Below, piece after piece: positions 44,097-61,995 of a stretch of DNA of 64,000 nucleotides. The notes below the pieces were generated by a model, which worked only from the letters and a program-made list of their open reading frames with translations, did not search any database and was not told where the DNA came from. Numbering within the stretch: position 1 is the first letter of the stretch; every line of letters begins with the position of its first letter. A program made the translations under genes and the position numbers. The stretch is from the human T2T-CHM13v2.0 reference genome, Homo sapiens, in the NCBI RefSeq assembly GCF_009914755.1, contig NC_060927.1; one strand, given 5' to 3'.

Positions 44097-45859
44097 GTAC
44101 TGTGCTATTTTTGCAATTTCAGGTGACTGTGCCTCTTCATTCTACTGGTTACATAATTGATTTGAATTGGATTGGGTATTAGTATAATTTACAGTGCATA
44201 CTCAAAATCTATGTTTTTTTATATCTGCTTTAGCCTCCTTCTAAAAACACTGGTTGGCTTCTTTGATTCCATTGGCACATGTTTATCATCTGCTCTTTAG
44301 GAGGCACTATTTATAGGCACCCTGGGGACCCCAAGATGTGTGTGACATAGGCCTTGCAGTCTCATAACTGAAAGTTGAACTGGGGAGGCAAGAAAGTAAT
44401 TGCCAAATACACAGAGTTGGGAAGGGGGAGAGGTCAGTATAATCAGGATTGGAGAAGGAAGGTTTTGTGGAGGAGAGTTGAACTGGTCCTGGAAAGATCT
44501 GATCAGACAGAGAGCAGTGGAAGAATGAAGAGGGCACATGTGGGCTGTGTTTATTCCACTTCTGTGTATTCCCTACTTAGTTCATCTGCTTCTTTTTCTT
44601 TTTTTGTTAGTGGCTTCTTAAAACTTGAGCTTCCTAGAAAACCACAAATTTATTCAGATATTGCTAACTATTACATTTTCAAGTGGAGTTCCTTTCAGAA
44701 GCTATAGCTATCAGAATATACTAATTTTTTCTCTTATGCTTTTTGTAAACTTTTTGAAATTTTTTTTTAAGTTTAGCACATTTGAGACTGCACAGCTTTC
44801 CTTTCCCTTATTTCTATTCACTTTCTCTGAAGAACTCTTGACACTCTCACATTATGAATCAGTCCTCTTTTTTTGGTCAGCATTAAGTGCAGAATACCAT
44901 TTGTAAAAATCCACTGAGCACACTTTATATTCTGTTTTTAAATTGCTGTTAGTTTGGGGAACCCTCAGAGGGTATCTTTCTGCATCTGTTTAGCCATGTA
45001 AAGCCAACAGCAGATGACATCACAGGTTCCAGCAGCAGAGCTGTTCGTAAAGGAGATGGACAGGACTTCTTATGACTTCTTAGTTCCTCTTCCAAACACC
45101 CTTTGCCCTCAGGTTAAAGCTCGTCTCCCCTTTTATGCACAGGACAGCTGGCTGCTGTCCCTCGGCCTTTCTGTTTCCTGTCCCCATGCCAGATCAGATT
45201 TATTCCAGCAGAAGGAGTTCAGTTTTCAGCTGTTTAGATGACCTAACAAAAAGAAGAAACAAAGACAATTTGGAGACTGCTGATAGAAAAAGCTTACAAA
45301 TAAGATACTCTTTTTTTTTGTACTCAACATAGTAGAAATAACAGTAGTATAGGGGTATGAAGAGTTGTTGGTGAAGCAGGCTTGGGCTTGGGTAGAGAAA
45401 ATCTTGACCCCCACAGAGCTTCACTATCTTTGACTTATAAAACAGTATACAAGTTATGGAACCTGGGGCTTAGACTGCATTAACTTTAAGTTAAAATTCA
45501 GACAAGGCTATTGTATTCACAAAACCAGTTTAAGGGAACAGTACTTTATTTCAGGCACTCAGATATTATATCCCTCCTCTTGGGCTGATTTCTTTTTTTC
45601 TCCTCTGATTTAAAACTTAAAAACTAAGGAAAGTAGTATAAATTACAGCTTTCTTGCTTTTGAGATACTGCAACAGGCTAAAACCTACCTGGTTTCCTAA
45701 TTGTTCCTTGTCTTCCCTCTGATCAGTAATGTCTCTGGCTCATTGCAGTTGATAGAGTTTTAGGTTTCAGAAGAACAATAATCTTATTAAACTAATTACC
45801 ACTTAAGTGTAACTGACTGATAGCTCTGAGATTTCTCAGCCTATTATACATTTTAAAAA

Positions 45860-46835
45860 GACAACTTTACAGACCATGAATATTGATACAAAATCCTCAA
45901 CAAAATACTATCAAATTGTATCCAACACTGCAGAAATAATTAACACCACAACCAGGTGGAATTTATCCCAGGTATGCGGGGGCCAGTCACCCTTAGAAGC
46001 CAATTAATCCATCACATCAACAGGCTAAAGAAGAAAAATCGCGTGATCATATCAGTAGGTACAGAAAAAGCATTTGACAAAATCCAAACCCCATCCATCA
46101 TAAAAACTTGGAGCGAACTAGGAATAAAGGGAAACATCCTCAATTTGATAAAGAACATCTATTGAAAGAACGTACAGCTAACATCATCTTTAATGATGGG
46201 AAACTAGATGCTTCCCCCTAAGACCAGGAACAGGGCAAGGATGTCCCCACTTACCACTCTGTCCAACATCATACTGGAAGTTCTAATTGATGCAATAAGA
46301 TGAGAATAGGAAATAAAAGATATACAGATTAGGAAGGAAAAAATAAAGCTGTCTTTGTTCACAGATGACATGACTAAGTAGGATATTGTTAATTCTCTTT
46401 CTATGTAGAATATGTCCAAAATCAACAACAATAGCAAAAACCTGGGATTAATAAGTAATTATAGCAAGATTGCAGGATATGAGGTTAATATACAAAACTC
46501 AATTGCTTTACTATATACCTACAAAGAATTAAAATTTGAAATTAAAAATATAATACCATTTATAGTGACACCAAACAAAAAGAGACACTTCAGAGTAAAT
46601 CTAAAATGTATATACAAGATCTTTATGAGGAAAATGATAAAACTCTGATCAAATAAATCAAAGAAGATCTAAATAAATGGAGAGATATTCCATGTTTATA
46701 GACAGGAAGACTCAATATTGTTTAGGTATCATTTCTTCCCAACTTGGTCTATAGATTCAATACAGTCCCAATCAAAATTTCAAGTTATTTGATGGATATT
46801 AACAGTGATTCTAAAGTTCATATGGAAAAGCAAGG
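45860..46835 (+). mobile_element. L1M ORF2 (RT region) remnant
   Basis: Peptide [27 protein letters not shown]; ttcacagatgacatga is a decayed FADD motif. Confidence 0.88.
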
Positions 46836-46839
46836 ATGC

Positions 46840-48090
<1,251 letters not shown>

Positions 48091-48176
48091 AGAAGAAAAA
48101 TATGTGGAACTCTCTGCTTAATTTTCTGTAGACCTAAAACTGCTCTTAAAAAGTCTATTTTAAAAATCCATCATTA

Positions 48177-48569
<393 letters not shown>

Positions 48570-51513
48570 TTAGTTAGGTGTTGCTCCATTTGGCAGTTAC
48601 AGTAGAACCTGTTGTGCCCAGCCCACTCTTAGGAAGCAGTGGATTGGGCCTTCTCTTCCTATGGAGGGACGAGTCTTCCTCTACACACAGGCCAGGTGAG
48701 GATAGTAGATCCCCAGCCATAATGGAGCCTGAAATCAGGAATTCATGTTTCAAGGTTACATGTACAAATGTATGCCCTCTCAGAACAATGGCCATTTTGA
48801 GAAAGCCAGTGAGAGACAGCCAGACCAGGTCCTCTGGCCTAGCACCCACCAGTGCCTGCCAGCTCAGCCCAAGTCTCCTCACCTAGGATAGCTTGATGGA
48901 ATAACAATGTATTTTAATTTGCATAAAGAAACTGGAAAGATAAGAGACTAATGAACATGTTAGGAACTGGACAGATGGAAAATTGAGTGGGAATGAGACT
49001 TTTCCTGGTATATATTTATGTGTATCTTTTTATATGTTATTTTTAATTTTTGAATCATGAATATTTGACTCATTTTAAATATTTATTAGCACCTGTTATG
49101 TAAGCAGAAAGAAAGACAACTTTTGTTAACTTAATTAGTAGATTTTAAGCAACAAACATTTCAAGAAAGTAAAGGTAAATATTTTTGTCGGGGAGCCTGA
49201 ATATTTTGCAGGGCATTGCAACTTCTTCCTGCCCCATGTTAGATTTCAGTTTCCCTAGAAACTTAAAGAGATTTTTTTGTTTTTTTGTTTATTTAAAACA
49301 GTTCGTCACAACTATGGTGGTGGAGTGTGAAAGAAGCATGGGGTATAAATTATGAATGGGGAAAAGGTTAGAGTGGTCTTTTTTATTAGTAGGTCATTTA
49401 TAATTTGGGAACTCTGTGTGTAGGCTTGTATGTTTCTGATGGTTGATACAGAATCCTTTCTTTTGTCTTAGACTAAATTACTCTAACATTTCTTACTTAC
49501 CTGATCCAGGGAACTGTAAATTGGTTCATATGGGGATTCTTAGCTATCTGGAAAATGAGGGCATTGGTACCTGCCTCTGTGTTCCCTTAGCACTTAAAGT
49601 CTTTGTTCTGCCATAACCCACCTGAAGTATTCCACATACACTCATTTAGTAGTTGAGGTTCCTGAGAGAGTGATTCTAAGAGGAGCAAGGAAACAACAGA
49701 ATGCAAAGTTGGGGATAATGTAGTCCACAAGTAGTTTGTCATTCATAGGTAATTTTAAAAGATTTTCCAGCAAATTCTGATCCTCTCACCTAAATGAAAA
49801 TCAGTACCTTTGCAAATCCACTTGACCAAAAGTAGAAACTCCCATTGTTCCAGTTATCGAGGACTTTATATCTGCATTGAGTACAACAATGTTCTGGTAA
49901 GTGACTAGTGCTTGGGAATATTTTTCCTTTCCTTTTCCCACTGTGAAGATAAATGAAGGAGCACTATATAGTGTTAGAATTCTCTGCTTTGTAAAGATTC
50001 TGTGTCCTAAAAGATGGAATGGATGATAAGTGAACAAAAGGAGAAAATGAAGTGTCAGAATGTAAATGGACACAATGATAAACTTTAGAGGTTTAAACCA
50101 GATAGGTTCAAGAGTGCAAACTAGAGTGATTTTCCGAGTACATCCTTAGCCCGACTTAACCTGAAAGAAAATACATACAAAATTGGGAACCTGAGGTCTC
50201 TTACTTTTAATTTTCCCTTATTGAAGTTTTATCATTGTTCACAACTTGTATTGGATAAAATATCCTTTTTATTTTCACTAAAGCCATTAGTCTTAAGACA
50301 TACTCTTAGCCCTCTTTCTGGTTGATCATTACATTTTACATTAGGAATAATCTCAAACGTCACTCTGGATAATTTTTGGTTAGTAAAGGTAGAACTTTCT
50401 GAGGTAGTCTGCTCTGAAGACTTGAGTGCAAATCCCAGGACACAGGACTTAAAGTTTTATCTATTTTGAAGTTACCTACAGTGGTGTTATTCATATCACA
50501 ATGTTAGAGGAGGGGGAAGGGCAGTACCCCAGATTGAGTGGGCTTACTGCTTCTCTGATACTTGATTTAAGAGCAAAGGACTTATTTGGGAATTATAATT
50601 TTAGATCTGACTGAAAATATGTAGTGTATTTCCTGAGTTTGAGTAATATATAGACATTAAAGCTTACTTTTTTAAAGCCATGAATTCTAAACACTCTTTC
50701 TGAATGCTGAAAATGACTGCTACATTTATCTCTAGTATCTTGAGGCTCATTTAAATTTGAGGACCCACATGAATCAACATTCTTGCATGTTATTAATGGT
50801 GTTTGAAGATTCAGCACAAGTTTGTTTCTTCCAGATTATTAACTGCCTCACAGGGTGATAGCAAGGGATTTATTCAAATACGTAGCACTGAAGTTTTTCT
50901 TGGTATCTAAGTTTAAACTGGGGAGGCTTAGGATGGGTATAGTTTTTTTAAGTTCATAAGTTTATTTTGGAGTCCACAGTAATATATAAATTAGATTATT
51001 TTCACTTCTTAACTTTGCTCTGAGTTTAGAGATGGTAATAAGTTTTTTGTGAATTGATACCTTATGAAGGCATAAGCTTTTTTCACATTGGCTTATATTA
51101 CATGTATTTCTTTAAGGCTCAACCTTGAAACAATTACATTAATTAGGCTAATACCAACCTGGAAGTAATTTGCATATGGCACATTAGAAAAAAAATGGAA
51201 TCTTTTGATATCTCAGTAGAAATGCTGACCTGGAAGTTAAGATACCTGGGTCCCATCTGCCAGTAACTTTGTGACCCTGCATGGGTTATTTTACCTTCTT
51301 GTATCTCATCTTGCAATTCTGCAAGATGAAGATTTTAGACTACATAAGCCCAGGGGCCATTTCTTAGGTCTTAGGACAGACAATCTAAGATTTCTCGGAT
51401 TCTAAAATTGTTTGTAAAAGCTTCTACAAAGCAGAAGTCATCAACTTGCTTTTATTTCTTATCTTCTTTCCCATAGACTTGTTGATGCCTTTTAAAGAAA
51501 TTATGTCCCTGCT

Positions 51514-51816
51514 GGCCAGGCACGGTGGCTCACGCTTGTAATCCCAGCACTTTGGGAGGCCAAGGCAGGTGGATCACGAGGTCAGGAGTTCAAGACCAGC
51601 CTGGCCAATGTGGTGAAACCCCATCTCTACTAAAAATACAAAAATTAACTGAGCGCGGTGGCAGGTGCCTATAATCCCAGTTACTCCGCAGGCTGAGGCA
51701 GGAGAATTGCTTGAACCTGGGAGGCGGAGGTTGTAGTGAGCCGAAGATTGTGCCATTGCACTCTAGCCTGGGCGACAGAGCAAGACTCCATCTCAAAAAA
51801 AAAAAAAAAAAGAAAG
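51514..51816 (+). mobile_element. AluS
   Basis: Perfect 20-bp TSD aaagaaattatgtccctgct at 51494 and 51817. Confidence 0.96.
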
Positions 51817-52272
51817 AAAGAAATTATGTCCCTGCTAATACTTAACAGAACTTTTTCATTTATTTAGTGACATATCTATGCTAAGGTGTGGTGCTTACTT
51901 TCTTTCAAAAGAAATAAAAGCATTTTTTCTGATTATATGCTAATTCATTGTTAAAGAATTAGGAGATCCTACAAGACAGTGCCATAAAATAGAAGATAAT
52001 AAAGATTAAATAACATTAAAAAGTGGAGAAAGAAAATAAAAAAGTTATAAATAAATAAAATAAAAATAACAAAAAAGAGTTGGGGGAAATGTATAAAGAA
52101 TAAAATAAAAATTATCACCAAATTTTCATACATGTACATGTATCCATTATGTCCTTTTTTCACTTAATATTAAAAAGTAAATATTCCCTAATTATTATAA
52201 ACATTTTAATAGTATCCTCCTAATACATTGTGTGGCTATTATATGAGGCTTTTGTTTACCTTCATCCTCATC

Positions 52273-52402
52273 TTTTTTTTTCTTAAAGAGACAGGGTCTC
52301 GCTGTGTTGGCCAGGTTGGTCTTAAACTCCTGGCCTCAAGTAATTCTCCCACCTTGGCCTCCCAAAGTGCTAAGATCATAGCATGAGCCACTGCCCCTGA
52401 CC
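52273..52402 (-). mobile_element. FLAM (Alu monomer)
   Basis: Single reverse monomer; TSD catcctcatcttt. Confidence 0.88.
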
Positions 52403-52806
52403 CATCCTCATCTTTAAAAGAAAATGTCCTTTATTTGTTTTCAGAGCAATACATTGGTACTCTAGTATCCCCTAAAGGTGAATAGTGACATTCATAAAAA
52501 TGTGTATTGGAACTCCTTACCTCTGCCCTCTTCTTCCTCTCCTCTGCCTTCCTTCCTGTCTCTGTTTCCCCACCTCTGTCCACTCCCACTTTTGTCCTTG
52601 TTCCTAACCTCTGCCCACCTTCCAACCTCTGGCTATTCCTTCACCTACATTTCATCTGCTGGTTCCCTACTGGCTCGTTTCCCTCAGCCCTGCTGTTCTT
52701 TAAAAAACAAACAATAACAAAACCAAAAAAGCCTCTTTACGTATGCTCTCTTCTAATTTTTTGAGAGAGTAGACTACATTTGTTGTCTTGCTCCTTTACC
52801 CTCTAT

Positions 52807-53051
52807 TTCTTTTCTTTTCTTTTTTTTTATTATACTTCAAGTTCTAGGGTACATGTGCACAACGTGCAGGTTTGTTACATATGTATACATGTGCCATGTT
52901 GGTGTGCTGCACCCATTAACTCGTCATTTACATTAGGTATATCTCCTAATGCTATCCCTCCCCCCTCACCCCACCCCACAACAGACCCCAGTGTATGATA
53001 TTCCCCTTCCTGTGTCCAAGTGTTCTCATTGTTCAGTTCCCACCTATGAGT
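52807..53051 (-). mobile_element. L1PA (PA4/PA5-like) 3' end fragment
   Basis: Poly(T) followed by ttattatacttcaagttctagggtacatgtgcacaacgtgcagg...cccacctatgagt. Confidence 0.92.
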
Positions 53052-54806
53052 CTTAGTCTACTATGATCTCTTTTCTGCTCCTGTAATTCTCTCAGATATC
53101 CACCATTAAGCTCACCAGTATCCTTTCAATTGCCAAATACAGCAGAAACTCTTTAGAGTCTTATCTTATGTACCCTCTCTGCCTCATCTGTCATTATGTT
53201 CTTCCTTTTAAACATTTCCTTGTTTAATTTCAAAAAATGAATTTTATTTCAGGAAACATAGACACAAGTCACTGTTAATAGTTTAATGTATTTACATTTT
53301 TCTTCATGACAAATCTCTCATCCGTTCATTTTTATGAAACTGTTTTCTCCCGTTTTGTTTTGTTTTGTTTTGTTTCTCTCTTTCTCTTCCTATTCCTCAG
53401 TTTATTTGATACACTTTCTTCCTCCACCTGTCCTTTACATAGTGGCATTCTCCAGTATTCTGTCCTTGGCTTTATATTCTTCCAACTCCATGCCCTCTTC
53501 TTGGTTACTTTCATAATGGCCTTTTTGAAAAAATACACATACATTTATACATACACACACACATACACACACACACAGTAAAATATGCACATAAAAATTT
53601 CAAAGCCTATAAGAGTTGATATTTTCACAGAAAAGTAATTGCCTCCCAACTTTCTTCCTCAGAGTCATCCTTCTAGGGAGATTATGTGCCTATGCTAGTA
53701 TATAGGTATTTATATATTTACTTATGCAATTATTCTTTTAAAATTTTTATGAAAATGATAGCATACTCAATACTAATTTGCATCTTTTTAAGTCTAAAAA
53801 TATGTAGGAGTTTATTTCACATCAGTACACGGAGATCTATTCTTTTTAGTGGCCGCATGACTTTTTATTAAATATTTGCGTTTTCCTTTTGCTGCACCAC
53901 ATAACATCTTATTTTGAAAGAATTCAAACTTATAGAAAAGTTTAAAGAACAGCAGAATTAACATCCACCCCATATACCTACCTACCATTTTACTTTCTTC
54001 TTTCTTTTTTTTTTTTTACTGAGTCATTTCAAAGTTAATACTGTAGGTATCATCTCAGTTTATTCCAAAATTGAATTCAATATGTATGTCTTAAGAGCTA
54101 AGATATTCTTTTACGTAATCATAATACCTTAATCACACCAAAGAATTTAACATTAGTATAGTATTACCTAATAGAAAATCTGTATTCAAATTTCCATAGT
54201 TGCCCCCAGAATGTTCTATATAGTGTTTTGTTCCTCTCTCTAATCTAGGAGCTAATCAAGAATTGAGATTTTTACTTGGTTGTCATAGGCCTTTCATTTA
54301 ACTACTATTAAAATAGAAGACTGCCAAGTTAGATCTCTGGATCAAACTCTTTCCTGAAGCAGACTGAAATATCTGCTAAGTATAATTATTTGGATGTCCC
54401 ACTAGCAGCTCTAGAATAGCATGTCCCACAGTGAGCTCAGTATTTTCTGCTCTTGAATTACTTTTCTTCCATATGCCCAACTTAGTGCATGGTGTCATTC
54501 AAACGTTGCCTAAACAAGAAGCCTCTGAGTCATCTTAATCTCCTCCCTCTTTGACACTGTACGCACTACTTCCTTTGCCTTTGATTCTCTTCCTACCTTG
54601 CCTACCTGGTTCAGCCTTTAAGACCCAGTTTAAGCTTTACTCCATCTAGGAAGTCTTCCCTGGCCTTTCTTTTTTCTCTATGCAGAATTAGATGTGTCTC
54701 CATTGGGCTCCCTTAGTATCCTCTACACACACCTGTGCCATCAGTTATCACTTTGGGTGGTAATTATTGACTTACGTATCTGCCTTAATTAGAGTGACCT
54801 CCTTAA

Positions 54807-55141
<335 letters not shown>

Positions 55142-55499
55142 TGGACTTAACTCTTTTCTGTACTAGGGATAGTAACAAAGTACCTGGTTTGTAAATGCTT
55201 GATAAATATTTATTAAATGGAATAATATGCTAGTAGACAGTCTTCTCTGCATCAATTAAAGATTTTTTAAGTGACACAGACAGTAACCCCAGGGAGACAG
55301 GAGTTAGTGAATGTTTCTGAGTACTTACTATGTACCAGTTACTTTTCTTTGTATTTGCAAATGTTATTTCACTTAATCTCTACAACTTTTATTTTTCAAA
55401 AGAGGAAATTAAATAAGTGTCCCAGATTATAAGTAAATATTTGAACCCAAGTCTGACTGACTCTAGAAATATGCTCCTAAGTGTTTTAAAGGCATTTAA

Positions 55500-56183
<684 letters not shown>

Positions 56184-57607
56184 TTATGGTATATCCCCAC
56201 AATTAAAGGTTATATAATCATTACAAATCGTGTGGTTGAGGAATATTTACTGTCTTGGGAAAGTGTTTGTGTAGTACTGTGAAGTACTAAAAAGTAGTAT
56301 ATAAAAGTATCAATCTATTTTTTAAAATGTGTCTACATATACAGAAAAGACTGGAAGGAAATACATGAAAGGGTTGGCAGTAATTTTCCCAGAGTTGTGG
56401 CATTTATAGGTTATATTAATTTCTTCTTTGTATAATCTGTATTTTCCAGATTCTCTACAATGAACATGAACTTTTATAATCAGAAAAAAAAAGGTCATTT
56501 AAAAAGTAAAGGACTAAAGAAAAAATAATCAAGCAGAACTTATTTAAGGTTTTAGAATTATTAAACTGGAAAGGTTTGGTGTTGGCCTTCCTTGCCTCTG
56601 GGGTGCAACTGGCCTGAGCATCCCAGGCAGATGAGTGGTTCCTATTTTAAGATCTTCTCACTAGGATAAGCCAGCTTTCCTCTGCCTTACAATCAGTTGC
56701 CCAATAACCAGTGCAAAAGGAATTTTTCCTTTATACTATTTTATGAAGAAATGATAATGAGATACTCTTCTGTGTCTTGTGGAAATTATCATTGTATAAA
56801 GAGGTTTTTTTTTTCTCTCTAATATAAGAAAAGGGCCAAATTAATGTTCCTGCCTGGAAGAAAAAAAAATGTAATGCTCCTGCCCGAACTTTATCTTTTA
56901 CTGTATAAAAACATTGAAAGAAGTCGATAATGTAGATATTTGAGAAGAACCAAAAAGGCATAGGAAAGCATGGGTTGTTACATGTCTCCATTAGTTTTCT
57001 TTTCAGAGACATTCTATGCATGAGGTATCTCTGTTTTTCCTCTGGGTGGCTGTTTTTCTAGCATAGCATGCAAGACTGATTAGTCTTAATTTTTCACGTT
57101 GGGATTTAGCACACTCTAGTGGACAGTAGCTTTTCAGTTTTCACAGTTTTTAAAAAAATCATATCAAATTACTTTATTGGACAATTCAGTGATATACTTA
57201 CTAGCAGTAAAGTTTGTCAGTATTTGAATCAAGTAATGACCCTAGTGAGCTGGAGTAACTTTGTCAGCCACTGGGGTGTTGTACATTTGTACATGATTTT
57301 TTTAGCAGTAGGAGGAGAGGCTTTTATCGTTATGTCAGAACTTTTCCCCAGTGGTTTTCCTCTTTTGAGTGGAATGAAATTGATGGGGGTGGCCAAAATG
57401 AAGAGGAACACTTGTACCTCTACCTCACACTCTTTAGGTCTTAGAATGTGCTTTATGTTTTCATTTTAGGACTCTTGAGAATTTCTATATACCAGTGTGT
57501 GACAATTTTGACTGTTTGTAAATATTGTTACATCCTATCTTGATGGATTGTTTCTGGAAATGGGCTCCCACCGGAAACAAAAATAATCTTTTATTTTGCT
57601 TTTGCAG

Positions 57608-57673
57608 AGTGATGGTGATGATTTTAATTACATCATTGCATTTTTCCTTGGAACAGCAGCCTGCCTTTACCAG
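57608..57673 (+). CDS. SEC22A: SEC22A exon 6 (second transmembrane segment); CDS continues beyond the window
   Basis: Acceptor ttttgcttttgcAG, donor CAG|GTAGGT. 66 nt, phase 0-0. Encodes [22 protein letters not shown]. Too short for the ORF track; read directly from the sequence. Confidence 0.93.
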
Positions 57674-57934
57674 GTAGGTTTTCTTCCATTTTAAAGAAAC
57701 ACTTACCATTATTGTTTACTTCGGGTATCAGTTCTAACAATTGTGCATTTTAAATAAATTATTAAAACTCTGAGTTCTTTGCTTCTCTTTTAATTTGAGC
57801 CTCTTTTAACTTTGTGACCTATGTCTCCATTTTGAGTAGACATACATCCCAGTGAACCTGATGTTAACCTTCTTCCTGTGCTGAGGCTTCAGTGGTGGTA
57901 TGTCATCTGCCTATGGTAGTAAAGACTACTTCTA

Positions 57935-58295
<361 letters not shown>

Positions 58296-58902
58296 CTAGG
58301 CTGAGGATTTTGTATTGGAGGGAAGTTTTTGAATAGAGAACAGCACAGTAAAAACAGGATTTTAGGATTCAATTTAGCAGTAATGAATAGAATGGACTGT
58401 AAGAGCAGAGAGACTGGAAGCAAGGAAATTGGTTTGGAATTATTACTACAGGTAGAAGGTAATGAAAGCCAACATATGGTAATGGCAGTGAGGATAGAAA
58501 AAAATAGACATTGAGAAGGAAGACTCACTGGGACTTGAAGACTGTGAAACTTAAGGAGGGAAGAGATTTTGCACCTTGGTGACATGGAGACTGATAGTCA
58601 CATTTCCAAGGCCAGAGGAGGCACACATTTGTAGGAAAGGAAGTTACCAGTTACCCAAATGCAAGAATGTCTTTGTTAAAACGTGTTACAGCAAGCAAGG
58701 CTTTTTGACCTAACTTTTTTGTAAGTGACACATTTTTCTAGCTTGAATTAGAAAAAATGTTAAGAGTCAGAACTGCAAATATAAGACTACCTAAAGTTCA
58801 GTGGACGTCTTTAGGGACGTATTTTGAATATATGTATTTGACTTTTATGTAAAGACATTAGACATTTTAGTTCCAGTGGCCTCATTTTTTAAAATCACTT
58901 GA

Positions 58903-59204
<302 letters not shown>

Positions 59205-60531
59205 AAAAAAATTGCTTGATTTTCTTAACCATTTATATTATCTTCAGAAATTTTCTGTCAAATCTGACAGATTTAATGGTGATGAGTGACACTTCATGCA
59301 GGAAATGTGAAAACATATTTGTTAATGTCACATAGTGCTTTAATTTTATGAAATATTCTTGTATATATTTTCTATTTTAATTTCTATCCTGTCACAAAAG
59401 GGATAATATCTCATTTTTTAAAGTGAGAAAACGGAGACAGTTTCAGTACTGTCCTGAGATCACATAATCAGAAAGTGGTAGAGTCAGTACTTAACTCTGG
59501 GTGTCTGATTTTCAGTATTGTGTTCTGTCTACTATATCATGCTGTCTGTAGGCAAAATTCCTAATTTGTGTAATTTTTATAATGTAATAAAGTTATAATT
59601 TTATAACTATACACATGATCTCATTTGATTTTTATCTAAAACTGTGAGGTATTTAATATAATTTTATGAATAATCATTCTTATAAAATACAAGTTTTGGT
59701 TGCTTTGTCTTAAGTAATTGTAAATGCTTAGTAATAATGGCAGAATGTATTGAGCTCTTATTTTGTGTTAAGCCTTTTATAGTCATTGTACCATTAAATC
59801 CTCACAAAAAGGAGGATATACCATTATATCGTCCTCACTGAGGTATAGACAGTTCTTATAGCTTGTTAGTGACTTAAACCCAGATCTTTGTGACTTCAGA
59901 GCAGGTGACTACCAGGCTATAGATAGGCATACCTCTGTTACACTTCCCAGAACAGCCTCGAGTAGTTCTGAGAGTTGCTTCGTGGTAGAGTGGTGTCACT
60001 CAGGTGTTCTTTTACTTGAGAGAAGTAAACAAATTCATGCTTTAAAAAAGAAAAGCAGAAAACTAATTTCCTTCATATTGAAAGGCATGAAACTGCCTGC
60101 TTTCTAAATATGATGAGCAGGGTGATAATAATGCTGTTTTTTTCCCCCACAGTAAAACTTAAGTAATTATGTTTTACCATATAACATGCTCTGTCTCCAG
60201 TTGTCAGGATATTTTTAAATCCTCTTTAGATCAGATCTGAAAAGCCATTACCACATGGTTTGTCATCTTTTTCTTCAGGATGCAGGTGCTTATGGAAGCC
60301 CAGAGCTCAGCCTGATAGGATTAATCTTGATATGGAACATTTCAAATAGGAAAGCAAAGGATCAGTGAAGAAACTAGAGACTTCCTGTTCCCTCAATGTT
60401 TTACTTTGAAAACTTGAAACTTACAGAAAAGTTGAAAAACCAGTATACTTAGAGTCATCACTTGTTAACATCTTGCAACACCTTCTTTATCTCACTCTCT
60501 ATGTATGTGCATATAGCGTGTATAAACACAC

Positions 60532-60868
60532 CATCCCCGACTTGGAACTTTTTTTACTTTCTAATGATGCAAAAGTGATATGCACTCAGTAGAAACTATG
60601 TTTCAGGTACTCACATGACCATTCTGGTTTTCAGCACACTATTCAATAAATTACATGAGATAATGAATATATTTGAATAAAATAGGCTTTGTATTAGATG
60701 ATTTTGCCCAGCTGTAGGCCAAAGTTCTGAGCATGTTTAAGGTAGGCTAGGCTAAGCTATGATGTTTGGTAAGTTAATTGTATTAAATACATTTTTAACT
60801 TAGGATATTTTCAACTTATAATGAGTATATCAGGATGTGACCCTATCGTAAGCCAAGGAGCTTCTGTA
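60532..60868. mobile_element. MER47A/Tigger5-like MITE
   Basis: ggtaggctaggctaagctatgatgtttgg motif; terminus atcgtaagccaaggagcttctg followed by TA. Confidence 0.75.
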
Positions 60869-61244
60869 GTTGTTTTTAAAGTAAGTTTTAGACATATGTG
60901 TATGGGTAAAGTTTTTCTAATTAAACTTTTTATTTTGGGATAATTGTAGATTTACGTGGAGTTGCAAGAGAGATCTTACGTACCCTTTACTGGTTTCCCC
61001 CAATGTTACCATCTTGCAAAACTATATAAAACGGTATCACAACCAGAGTATTGATACTGATACAGTCAAGATACAGAACATTCCTGTCACCACAGGGATC
61101 CCTCATGTTGCCTTTTTATAGCCATATCCACTTCCTTAATCTAACCGCTCCTTAATCTCTGGCAATTACTAACACATTCTCCATTTCTATAATTTTCTCA
61201 TTTTAAGGACATTATGTAAATGGAATTATATAGTATATAACTGG

Positions 61245-61566
61245 CATAGTTCAGAATGCTATAAGAAAATACCATAGATTGGGTGGCTTAAACAACAGAC
61301 ATTTCTTTCTCACAGTTCTGGAATCTGGAAGTCCAGATGCTGGCACATCATGTTCTTGCTGAGGGCCCTTTTCCTGGCTTGCAGAAGGCTGCCTTCTCAG
61401 TATATCCTCACACAGAGAAAGTGCTGAGATCTCTTCCTCCTCCTACATAGTCATTGATTCCATTATGGGGGCTCCGCCCTCATGACTTTATCTAAACCTA
61501 ATTACCTCCCAAAGGCCCCAGCTCCTAATACCATCACATTAGGGATTAAGGGCTTCAACATTTGAA
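61245..61566. mobile_element. MLT1A-like MaLR LTR
   Basis: aataccatagattgggtggcttaaacaacaga ... ctaattacctcccaaaggcccc...aataccatcacatt. Confidence 0.82.
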
Positions 61567-61586
61567 GTAATCTTTTGTGATAGGCA

Positions 61587-61861
61587 TTTTTTTGTTGTTT
61601 TTTTGGGACGGAGTCTTGCTCTGTCACCCAGGCTGGAGTGCAGTGGCGCGATCTTGGCTCACTGCAATCTCCACTTCCCAGTTCAAGCAATTCTCCTGCC
61701 TCAGCCTCCTGAGTAGCTGGGATTACAGGTGCGCCACCATGCCTGGCTAATTTTTGTATTTTTAGTAGAGATGGGGTTTCACCATGTTGGTCAGGCAACT
61801 TCTGACCTCGTGATCCGCCCACCTCAGCCTCCCAAAGTGCTGGGATTACAGGCATAAGCCA
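61587..61861 (-). mobile_element. AluS
   Basis: Reverse Alu; TSD gataggcattttttt. Confidence 0.93.
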
Positions 61862-61995
61862 GATAGGCATTTTTTTAGTCAGCATAATTCTCTGGAGATT
61901 CAGCCAAGTTGTTGCATAATCAATTATTTGTTGCTTTTTATTGCTGAGTAGTATTCTATGATATGTATTCAATGTACTATTAAATGATTTGTTCC

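Noticed and set aside
60265-60291. Acceptor-like tctttttcttcAG as a possible next SEC22A exon
   Set aside because: The downstream sequence does not encode a Sec22-like hydrophobic continuation. The real last exon most likely lies beyond the window.
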